52,488 nucleotides of DNA from Nemertoderma westbladi (Eukaryota; Animalia; Xenacoelomorpha). The translations under genes were made by a program, and so were the position numbers. The notes beneath the pieces were generated by a model. The model ran no database searches, was not told the DNA's origin, and saw only the letters and a program-made list of their open reading frames with translations. Positions 43,180-52,488 of this stretch are shown here, one piece after another; the first letter of the stretch is position 1; the number at the start of each line of letters is the position of its first letter. The DNA lies in assembly GCA_032718475.1 (NCBI GenBank), contig JAUCBJ010006643.1:1-52488 (forward strand), given 5' to 3'.

Positions 43180-43810
43180 AGTAGGTACGCAGTTAGTAGG
43201 CAGAAGGTACGTTGTACCTAGTTAGTCAGTAGGTACGTAGTACCTAGAGTTAGTTAGTTAGTTAATAGGTACGTAGTACCTAGAGTTAGTTAGAGAGTTA
43301 GTAAGTACGTAGTACCTCGTTAGAGAATTAGTAGGTACGTAGTACCTAGTTAGAGAGGCAGAAGGTACGTTGTACCTAGTTAGTCAGTAGGTACGTAGTA
43401 CCTAGAGTTAGTTAGTTAGTTAATAGGTACGTAGTACCTAGAGTTAGTTAGAGAGTTAGTAGGTACGTAGTACCTAGTTAGAGAGTTAGTAGGTATGTAG
43501 TACCTAGTTAGAGAGTTAGTAGGTACGTAGTACCTAGTTAGAGAGTCAGTTAGAGGGTACGTAGTACCGATAGTTAGAGAGTTTGAGGGTACGTAGTACC
43601 AATAGATAGTTAGAGAGTTAGAGGGTACGTAGTACCGGTAATTAGAGAGTTAGAGGGTACGTAGTACCGATAGTTAGAGAGTTAGAGGGTACATAGTACC
43701 GATAGTTAGAGAGTTAGAGGGTACGTAGTACCGATAGTTAGTTGGAGAATTAAAGGGTACGTAGTACCGTTAGTTAGAGTTAGAGTTAGAGGGTACGTAG
43801 TACCATTAGT
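43180..43810 (+). repeat. Array of ~20 palindromic GGTACGTAGTACC units with variable TTAG/GAGA-rich spacers
   Basis: Period ~25-37 bp; ~158-bp higher-order duplication (43199 vs 43357). Confidence 0.95.
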
Positions 43811-44311
43811 TAGAGAGAGAGAGAGTAAGAGGTAGAAGGGTATATAAGATATAGATATTAGTTAGCAGTAAGTAGCGTTAGTAGCGAGAAGGGGGGCATA
43901 TGAGTACAGCTGGGTAAATCGTGTGGCCACACGACGTATACTGCTGTACTACATAGACCCACAGAGTAGGCCAGAATGTGGATTAGAGAATAGAATAATC
44001 CATAGACAGTAGTAAGTAGTAGGACAGTAGAATCGAAGTAAATAGAAAATAAATAAAATAGGGCTAAAAATTGTAGAATAGTGGCAACACAAGGGAAGTT
44101 ATTCTGGAACATAATAAAAGTAACGGACAGAAATCGAAATTAGGGTGTATTTACTAGCTTCAAAATTAATTAGGAATAATTTAGGTTAAAAGGCGCAGTT
44201 AAGTAGGAAGTAGGCCATTATCGAACTGTATAGAACATCCTAGATACATCACTCATCTGTATTGCGCCTTGGTAAGGCACCACCTTGCAGGTGAGCGAGT
44301 GAACGTTCGGA

Positions 44312-46861
44312 ATGGCGAGTAAGTTGATCAGAAAGAGAAAGGCGGAGTCAGGAGGAAAGGAGATACTGGTGGATTTCACCGAGAGACATCCGGAAGAGAA
44401 GACGAGAGGATACTACGAGAGGTTGGAAAGGGGTCACGTGGCACGAGCGCTGCAGGATCACTTCCGGGAGGCGCACGAACAGCGGCTGGTCGGGACCTAC
44501 GGGACCCCGTCGCTAGACAACGCGATCTTCCAACACTTCCACTATGTGGTGAAAGGGGACGAGGCAAAGTTCGGGATTCCGAAATACCCGAGGGAATCAC
44601 CGAGGAAGGACTGGAAAAGATTCATAGAGTCCGTCAACAGAGGAGGATATATGATCCTGGATGACGAGGGAACCGTGGAAGACGAAGCGGGTTCGAGACG
44701 AGGAACGGCAGGGTCGGCCAGGACCATACTCCTACATTTGGCCGCGCCAAATGGGGACATCTTCTTATTCGACCTAGGGACGTATGGGAAGAAGGACGGG
44801 CCGAAATTAGACCGATTACCGAAAGCGGTACAGGTCTTAGTAAGAGAGAAGTCGACGACGAAAGTGGGATCGGCGATTCGCGAGGACGCGGAGAGGATCA
44901 TCGGTCCGGACGCCACCAACCTCCTGGATATGCAGAAGGTCTTTATGGCCATGACGGCACCGGATGGATTGGGGGTAGTCGAAAACACAGGCCAATGCGG
45001 GGCGGTGGCGATGGGCCAATTATTGGGGCTCGTATGCCACAAACCGATGGACTGGGGGAAGTTTAGGGAAGAATACGGAGCAGAACTAGCGAACTCGCTA
45101 AAGTGGGGAGCGAGACCGGGAAAGCAGGAGGTATATCAGTTCCGCAGGGGAGCGATAAAGGTATATCAGAAGAGATATATCCTGCAGGAGGACTGGATAA
45201 TGATAAGTTTGCTTAATTTATTCATGACCGTGATTATTGAGAGGGAACCAGGGGCATTTCTGTTATTGGGATCACCCCTAAGCTACAGGAGAGCCTTTAA
45301 AGTGGCCTTTGACGGTCTGGTAGACCACCCGGGGCTGAAGGGCGAGTCGGTGTACTACAACAGCCGACATCTGGTAGACGGGGAGACAGATACACCATAT
45401 CAGAGATGGGAGCAGCTAGAGACGGATAGACGAGAAGCAAAGCGACTGGAAGAAGTCGCTAGACGGGAGAGGATAGAAGCAGAGGAGAGGGAAGAGGAGG
45501 CCAGGACACAGAGTTACGGCTTCGAGGAACAGGCGGGCCTAGACGAACTTCATTGGACTTCGTCAGGGAGTTCGGGGGAGTCTCTAGGGCGAGAATTGGG
45601 ATGGACGGTGGGATCGCCGAAACAGTCGACGTCGGGGTTGCAAACGATGCCCATACCAGCGGGCGCCGAGGGCGACCAACCGCCAAGGAAGTTAAGGGAG
45701 CTAGAGGGATGGAGAGCTACGGGCGAGAGCCAAGGCGGGAAGGGACACAGTGGATCCATCGGGATACCGGGATTGGAGACACTACCAGACGAGGAGGACG
45801 ACGACGACGAGTTCGGAGAGATGCCGCCCATCGAGAGGATAGGCCACTCGGACACGGACTGGGTTGGCGGAAGGGTGGTGACGGCCAGTGGGGCGAGGGC
45901 CTTCTGGAACAGATCCGGCAAGCGGACCTGGGTGCACGAGGAGCCGGCGATGGATTTCGCGGGGAGCACCATCAGGTTGGGCGAGCAACCGGGGACGGCA
46001 CCACGGATAGTATTCGGGGAGACGATGCCCGAGAGGGGCGGAGAGATCGACGTAAACAGGGAGACCAACGTAGAGAAGTTCGCCTACCAGCGACTCCACA
46101 GACCGCGGAGATCGCTTGGGACGAAAGACGAGGTGGGACGGGAGACATTGGTACTCGGCTGCGACTACTGTGGGAGACAGACCCACCGGGAAAGCAGCTG
46201 TCTATACCGGTTCCAAAAGGGAACCTTTTGTCTCTACTGTAGAGAGCCAAGCCACAGGATGGGGGCGTGTCCACGGTTGCATAACCGATGTCCAAAGTGC
46301 CACTTTCGGGGACACTACGGACGCGAGTGCGACTGGATGAACGACGAGGAGAAGTTCACGAGATTCGAGGAGTGGGCCGACGTCGGGGCCATGACGCGCC
46401 AGCGCATGAAGGCCCAGGAGTTCAAGTGGGGTTTCTTCCTTATCAATCAGGAGACTCACATGGAAATCATAAAGCGGAGGCTACCGTTTACCTACCAAGA
46501 GGTAGCAACGGCGGCGTCGTACGCTGGAGTGATGAACACGCAAAGGTATCTGGACAGGTGGACGCCAGAGAACCAAAGGGAGTTTAGGGATTTCTTGGCG
46601 GAGCACGTACCAAAGGCAATGAAAATGATCCTATGGGACGCCACTAGAGGGAGACAACCGGGCCATTCTGAGGGACCACCGGCGAAGCGATATCGGGCAC
46701 TAATAACACCAGCGCCCAAGGAGCCAACGACCGGGATCAGCAAGGAAGTGGCGGCGAAGGTCCGAAAGCAGAAAGCGGATGATGCCAGAGGAACGGTGAT
46801 AACCAAGAAACGGCCCAGGGAAGAGGACGCCAGGGGGAACTACCCCCGGAGGAACAGATAG
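44312..46861 (+). CDS. Retrotransposon accessory protein: DEDDy-like 3'-5' exonuclease + acidic linker + three CCHC zinc knuckles + basic tail
   Basis: 849 aa, ATG to stop. ExoI-like MILDDEG, LLHLA...FLFDL, LP..V..LV....TTKVG..IRED (ExoII), LLDMQ, ExoIII-like Q.RYILQED. Knuckles CDYCGRQTHRESSC, CLYCREPSHRMGAC and CPKCHFRGHYGREC. Confidence 0.85.
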   Translation: MASKLIRKRKAESGGKEILVDFTERHPEEKTRGYYERLERGHVARALQDHFREAHEQRLVGTYGTPSLDNAIFQHFHYVVKGDEAKFGIPKYPRESPRKDWKRFIESVNRGGYMILDDEGTVEDEAGSRRGTAGSARTILLHLAAPNGDIFLFDLGTYGKKDGPKLDRLPKAVQVLVREKSTTKVGSAIREDAERIIGPDATNLLDMQKVFMAMTAPDGLGVVENTGQCGAVAMGQLLGLVCHKPMDWGKFREEYGAELANSLKWGARPGKQEVYQFRRGAIKVYQKRYILQEDWIMISLLNLFMTVIIEREPGAFLLLGSPLSYRRAFKVAFDGLVDHPGLKGESVYYNSRHLVDGETDTPYQRWEQLETDRREAKRLEEVARRERIEAEEREEEARTQSYGFEEQAGLDELHWTSSGSSGESLGRELGWTVGSPKQSTSGLQTMPIPAGAEGDQPPRKLRELEGWRATGESQGGKGHSGSIGIPGLETLPDEEDDDDEFGEMPPIERIGHSDTDWVGGRVVTASGARAFWNRSGKRTWVHEEPAMDFAGSTIRLGEQPGTAPRIVFGETMPERGGEIDVNRETNVEKFAYQRLHRPRRSLGTKDEVGRETLVLGCDYCGRQTHRESSCLYRFQKGTFCLYCREPSHRMGACPRLHNRCPKCHFRGHYGRECDWMNDEEKFTRFEEWADVGAMTRQRMKAQEFKWGFFLINQETHMEIIKRRLPFTYQEVATAASYAGVMNTQRYLDRWTPENQREFRDFLAEHVPKAMKMILWDATRGRQPGHSEGPPAKRYRALITPAPKEPTTGISKEVAAKVRKQKADDARGTVITKKRPREEDARGNYPRRNR

Positions 46862-47564
46862 GTTCCCAGAGTCGAGGGAGAGAGACTGGGACTTGGACGT
46901 GGTACGCCTGGCAGGCGCCGCGCGGGATGTACAAACTATTAAGTACAAATTCAATTAATGCAAAATAATCATATAAGTGCAATTTGTATGTACGTACGTA
47001 GTAATTAGTAATCTAGAAATATACATACGTTCGGAGTAAGTACTATAGTCATACAACCTTTCTCAATTAGCTACTGGGACTGGGGGATAACTGACTATGG
47101 CACTATGGACGAGACACCAGACAATTTCACACTTCTTGAGTGCGACGGCACGAGAGGGGGGGGGGGAGATTCGTCAGAAGGGAAGAGACAGTCGAAGTGA
47201 GGTTGAGGGACGGAACAATAGTGCGGAGTGCGGAGAGAGTGCGGACGCAATTCTAGTGTGGGGGGGGAGAATAAGAGGCTGAGCGAGGGACGAGGAGGTC
47301 CGAGTGTGAGAGAGTTAGGGTGAGAGTGAAGGTGAGATAGGGCGGAAGTGTTGGGGAAACAAAAGTTGCGTGAAAGGTGAGCGCGATCGGCCCGACATGA
47401 GACGCCAGGCACACAGGGTAGCGTTATCATACCCATAGGGGGCGGCCTGGAAAGCCGACCCCGAGAGAAAAGAATTCCACCCCACGCCCGATACTAGATC
47501 GGGATCCAGCGGGATTGTAGCGCACTTTTTGGTTGATGCTATCTTCTTACCGGGAAGATAGCAT

Positions 47565-47573
47565 GGGGGGGAG
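47565..47573 (+). promoter_or_regulatory. Polypurine tract
   Basis: GGGGGGGAG immediately before the TGT start of the LTR. Confidence 0.75.
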
Positions 47574-48102
47574 TGTTAGCTTATCCAATCCCGCTAACAC
47601 CCCATAAAGTTGTAAGCCGATAAGCAATATTGGGAGCCACGAGATTGGATAGTTAACCAACTCGTGCCATCCCAATAAGAGTGGGAAGGAAGCACACAAT
47701 AGAGGGTCAGGGGCCAAACCCCTAACCCAGAGAGAACAGGTGGAGTGAACGGGAACACTCCACGGGGCGCCAACAAGGGTATCAACCAATCAGAGGGGGG
47801 CAAGGCATCGATTAGGTAGTAATTAGGCCAACCGTGTAATATAATCAGTAACCTATTAATCAGTAATTCAGTTATCTCAAGTGCAGTAGTGCTAGCTTAG
47901 GTTAGTTAGTTTAGATAGGGGAGCACGGGACTTTTAGTTACCGTATCCCGCCTTCCACATATCTATATCTATATCTATACCCATCGATTATTATACACCG
48001 AACATCAGAACTCATTCACCGTTTCGTTTACTCTTTATACACGGCGGGGACGCGTAAACTAAAATACCGGATAAATCGGGATCCCTCCTGGATCCCGTCA
48101 CA
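47574..48102 (+). mobile_element. 3' LTR
   Basis: TGTTAGC...CCGTCACA; follows the PPT; homologous to the LTR at 1377-1790. Confidence 0.8.
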
Positions 48103-48309
48103 ATACTAGGCCCCTATCCAATGTAACACCACCTTTGCCTTCCGAATTTTTAATCGGTCAGGTGAAATGTTACCAAATTAAATTTTCACCAGTTTACAAA
48201 TACATATTAGAAAAAGGTTACAGTAGGATACAGGGTTATGTTACATCATGTTACCTAACTGTGACTTATACATTACTACCCGTGCATGGGGTCATGTAAC
48301 AAACTAGGT

Positions 48310-49925
48310 CTACTACTACGATCGGCATGCTGCATTGTAGCTGCATTATATATATATGACATATATATTAAGAATGCTGTGTGCAGGCTTGTCGACAATA
48401 TTGCGCCGCCACAACTCCCTATCACCCATCATCACATTTGCTAAATCATCCCTATCTTTAATGCCAGTGTCCTTTAAGATGCGTCTCAAGAAATTCATGG
48501 ACTGTCCACCATGCTTATTCGCTCCGGCTCCATGAGGGCGCCAAAGCACAAGAATATTCACTGGCTGGTCCTCACGGCGAAAACAATGTCCTGCATAGCG
48601 GAGGCGGTTCCGTTCAAGTGTCAATTTAGGGGAGATTAATGGAACACTTAGATAGAGTCTAATTGGAGATGTGTTAATTGTACTTGACCCAATGAACCCG
48701 ACTCAGCATTCTTGTGAAAGTGCCATCCAGAGATTTTTTTGTTTACGTTTAAATATGAAGCGAGTTTGATGTCGTTCGCCATATGCTGATATGATAAAAG
48801 GAATTTGTTTTACTTAGAATCGTGGCTACCCTTACAACACCAATATAATTCGATTTTAATCCAGAGATTTGGTATACAGCGCAGCATGGACTCCCATATA
48901 AGAGTAGGCCTACTGGTACTACTGCTTCCATTACTCTAGTACTGCTCTATTCTATTATTATAATTTTTTGTTGGGCACAACGTTTTGCAAAGTCGGCAAT
49001 GACGCCCAGGTGGTATCGAACTGGTGACCTCATATACTGCCACTGTGCTCAACCCTATCCCCCACAAAAAGTTATAATAATATTCATTCACCCATAACAC
49101 AATAATAAATTATAAATGTTATTCTAAGGGACTTCCAAATCGTGAGCAGACTATTTAATGCTGCCCATGCCTTCCCCTTACGTATCCGAAGGTCTTCACC
49201 TGACTTTCTGATCTATGATCCCAAAGTAGCAAGTAGTCATCCACGACCTCAAGCAAGCCGTCCCTAGAGCTTACGCCCTTACGATCAGACATTTCTTGAG
49301 GGCTGTCTAGGTTGATTTTGGTCTTGGATTCTTCTTGGATTCTTACAAAAAGACCAACACTGGAAGCAACCTGCTCCAATGAGTAGAGGAGCCTTTGGGC
49401 TCCCTCTAGTGATTCTGAAAGTACCCATAAGTCATCAGCAAAGTCTAGATCAGTAAGGTACGTTGCTGGATTTCCTTTACTTCTTATGCCAGTAGGGGGT
49501 GTCACCATAACCCCATCTTTATTAAGATGGTCTAAGGACATGCGTAGAGCATAATCAACCACAATTACGAATAAACATGGTCTGATATCGTAAAGTGACC
49601 TGATAGCTGCAATAATTTCCTCAGGAATCCCATATGCTGCCCGTTTGCTGAAGATACGTGGTCGGGAGATAGAGTTGAAGGCTTTAAAGAAGTCAACAAA
49701 GATAATAGCCAGTTGTCTGTCTTTCTTTCTTTATTGATAACTCTTCGATTGTCCTTTTCAGAGCCAGAATAGGCTCCATTGTCCCACGGCCTTTACGGTC
49801 TCTCAACAGGATCCCTGATGCGATAATAGAATTCTGTTGTATAGCTTTGCAGCAATCGAGATTAACGAGATTCCACTAAAAGATCCACAGGTTGTTAGGA
49901 TGCCCTTCTTTGGGGCTGGGTGGGA
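48310..49925 (-). mobile_element. Degraded RTE-clade LINE (same family as the 12.2 and 12.6 kb copies)
   Basis: RLRYAGHCFRREDQP, LDFADD, and PKKG..GISLISIAAKLYNR remnants; (TAG)n tail at ~48310; frameshifts; a foreign stretch at ~48750-49130. Confidence 0.88.
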
Positions 49926-51678
49926 CCAACTTATTTGTTATCAGTTGTTTAGGGACCCTCTTTGTAATTGAAGAGATACGCCTATTCCTACTATTGGAAG
50001 AGACGGTAACAATACCTGCAATATCTTACTGTAAAATTTGTAAATCAAATCATAAATCCGACCTTCTCACCAAAACAGTAAACTCTAAGTAAGCGAATAT
50101 ATTGCAGTATCGATCTCTTATAACCGGTGAGGCAGAAAACAGTCTACGAGCAGACAAACTTCGATGAAACAAATCCCGCGCAGCGAATCCTAAAATCAGG
50201 CTGACTCACTGACGGACTAAGGGGCTCGTATACTTTGCCACGGTGTGATTTATATGGTTGGACAAAGGGACGCTAGCTAGGTACAGGCAGAGATTTGGAG
50301 ATGTCTAACTAGCGGGCAAAGCACAGTACGGACTAAGTTAATTTTATATATTTCGAGGTGTAAATAATTTCTAACGCGCGTGTGTTAATTCTGAACGGTC
50401 AAAAACAGTTTTGCTCCTTCACATATATAATTACTGGGTACGGTGTGCATTTTACGAATATTCTAATTTTGTAACTTGTAGGTCCAATACTCACGAATGG
50501 TAAGGTTCCTTCCCCTCTTGCGTATTTCCAGGACTCAAATTCAGGCATAAGGTTAATACTACGCCCAGAATTCGGCAATTTTAGGTACCAGGTCCCTGAT
50601 ACTAAGAAGAGATGTGTTAGTTTACTACTGTAGGCGTACGGGTACTAATAGCTATCCTGGCTCCTATCTAGAATTTTAGTCACCCAGGTAGTCCGGGTAA
50701 CTTCCTATTAGGGCGTTGGCGGGGACACGGTAGATGTTAGTATATCCCTGATAGCCTCAATTTATTTGCGCCTAGTGTAAACTGCCCTACCGCCTGAACG
50801 GTACAATCCCAATTCAGGTGAAAACACAGCAACCCCATAGCCTACAAGTTCTGATGTAATGGACACTGTCGTACTGCAAATAGTCACAGACGCACCTGTA
50901 CTTAGCAAGAGTTAAGCGTACAGTTTGCTGCATCCTAACCAATGTGTATGCCTTGTACCGGTGTGCCTACGTCCTATCTGCGTACTAGTATCTGCCTGCG
51001 CTCTCCCTCTCCCCCTTAGGAATGTGAAGGTCTACTGTGGGTTTTCCTGAATCAAGACAGTACAGTCCCTATGATGTAATTTTGGGCTTACAGCGTGTCA
51101 CTACTTCTACCTTTTGATCTTTTGGTCTTATACTTAGGTAGCAAGGATCGAACGCTGTCTAACCTTTCAGGCGATGGGCGAATAACTCTAAAATGGTATT
51201 GCGGGTTGTCTCTCGTCTACATTCCCGTGATGTTCCCGTTCATTGCTGCGGCCCGATCTCTAGCCGGCCATCCTGTCCCTGAGTTTGTTCACCGTAGTGA
51301 ATTCATAGTAAAACAGAAAAGCTGAGAGAATATTCTGACTTTATTACAGAAGACACAATTATAATACAATGTAATCTGAGAATAAACTAAGCACGACAGA
51401 ATATTGATAAGATAATAAAGTGAATACTAAAGTAGTAGTGAACTAATGAACGAAATCGCACCTTTTTATACCAAATTTGTGCCGCAATCAATCGAGAAAA
51501 TTCTCGATTGTTCTATAGATTCTAACAAGGTTTTAAAGATAGCTATTGGTCCAGCTAATATATAACTTGCACGACATTGGTTACAATCAAATAACTACAG
51601 CCTTATTGGTACAGACAAATGCAATTAATTTGTAGCGGTTAATTTAAATGAGTTGAAATTCTGCACAAAAAATAATTC

Positions 51679-51755
51679 GCACTTACTAGGATTCGAACTC
51701 GATACCTACTACACATATAATTTCCAACGCTCTACCAACTGAGCTACTGAACCAC
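51679..51755 (-). other. tRNA-derived (SINE-head-like) sequence with Pol III A and B boxes
   Basis: TAGCTCAGTTGGTAGAGCG...GAGTTCGAATCC on the minus strand; acceptor and anticodon stems are not well formed. Confidence 0.7.
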
Positions 51756-52488
51756 TTGACCGATAGATGTACAATAGATAGAACCAATACTAATGAGAAC
51801 TCAAAGCAATCTTTACAAAGTTAATTCGAATAAAATAAAATTTTGAAAATCCACGGCATTTAGGGAATATAATTCTATACCGCTCCATGAAAACAGGATA
51901 TTATCGTGCATAAAATATACGGTTTTCACCAATAATCAATCAAACTATAGAATACTTAGGGGCGTACTTACATATTTACAATTAAATTTCAAACAATACT
52001 TCCTTTCTACGTAATGATTCGATACAAAATAATTACAAATTCAAACTTTACGTATTTAAGGCTTTACTAAGTAAGTACAATATAAATCTAAATTAAATTC
52101 ACCAATATAAATCTATTGCATCTCAATATTGCATAAATTTAAACAATTACAAATACAAATAAATGAAAACAATAAGAAAGGCTCGCGAGTCTTCCATCTA
52201 CTATTGCATCCCAAATATTGCATAAATTCAAGTAATTACAAATACTTTCGTACCTAAATGTAGATTGCATAAGTTTGGAATAATTACAAATATGAGTCTT
52301 TCTGAGCACAAAATTTTCCATCTATAAAACTTTCTATTTCACTGTAAATACAAATACTGCTTATAAAATATAAATTGCATAATATTCGGAACAATATAAA
52401 TTGCATAAGTTCGGAATAATCACAAATATAAAATATAAATTCTTACAAATATAAATCTTTCAAATATAAGTTCCTTCTAAATATAAAC

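Larger units (their letters stand above)
41580..48102 (+). mobile_element. Bel/Pao LTR retrotransposon, 5'-truncated, with an extra 3' ORF
   Basis: Integrase ORF, hairpin array, 849-aa ORF, polypurine tract and TG..CA LTR occur in that order on one strand. Confidence 0.9.

Noticed and set aside
43180-43810. CRISPR array
   Set aside because: Eukaryotic context, 13-bp core, spacers related to each other, no cas genes.
44312-46861. env gene
   Set aside because: No signal peptide or C-terminal transmembrane anchor; exonuclease-like and knuckle motifs instead.
41618-46982. Antisense and alternate-frame ORFs overlapping integrase and the 849-aa ORF
   Set aside because: Shadow ORFs of GC-rich coding sequence with no motifs.
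50100-51300. Moderately GC-rich non-coding stretch
   Set aside because: No termini, ORF or structure that I could support.
51679-51755. Functional tRNA gene
   Set aside because: A and B boxes present but no proper acceptor or anticodon stems.

Overview
AT-rich, intron-containing eukaryotic DNA (probably an invertebrate animal), made up mostly of nested transposable elements and satellites. Only one likely host gene is visible: a spliced coiled-coil plus fibrinogen-related (FReD) gene at ~20.3-22.0 kb. There is also a broken MAP3K1/MEKK1 exon pair. Mobile elements include two related Bel/Pao LTR elements, an internally deleted piggyBac, a full-length Sola1-type DNA transposon whose transposase is split by a 9-bp-TSD insertion, an intact CR1/L2-group LINE ORF (2A-like peptide, PHD, APE, RT), RTE and L2 fragments, Helentron/HINE-like tandem units, Kolobok- and MULE-like MITEs, and a Penelope-type hammerhead ribozyme. 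The most striking item is the Bel/Pao element at 41.6-48.1 kb. Between integrase and the 3' LTR it carries an array of ~20 GGTAC-GTA-GTACC hairpins followed by an intact 849-aa accessory ORF (DEDDy-like 3'-5' exonuclease, three CCHC knuckles, basic tail). A second, very divergent and decayed homologue of this ORF lies on the opposite strand at 24.8-26.2 kb, fused to a GGTAC-based hexamer satellite. All family assignments are by motif recognition; no searches were run.
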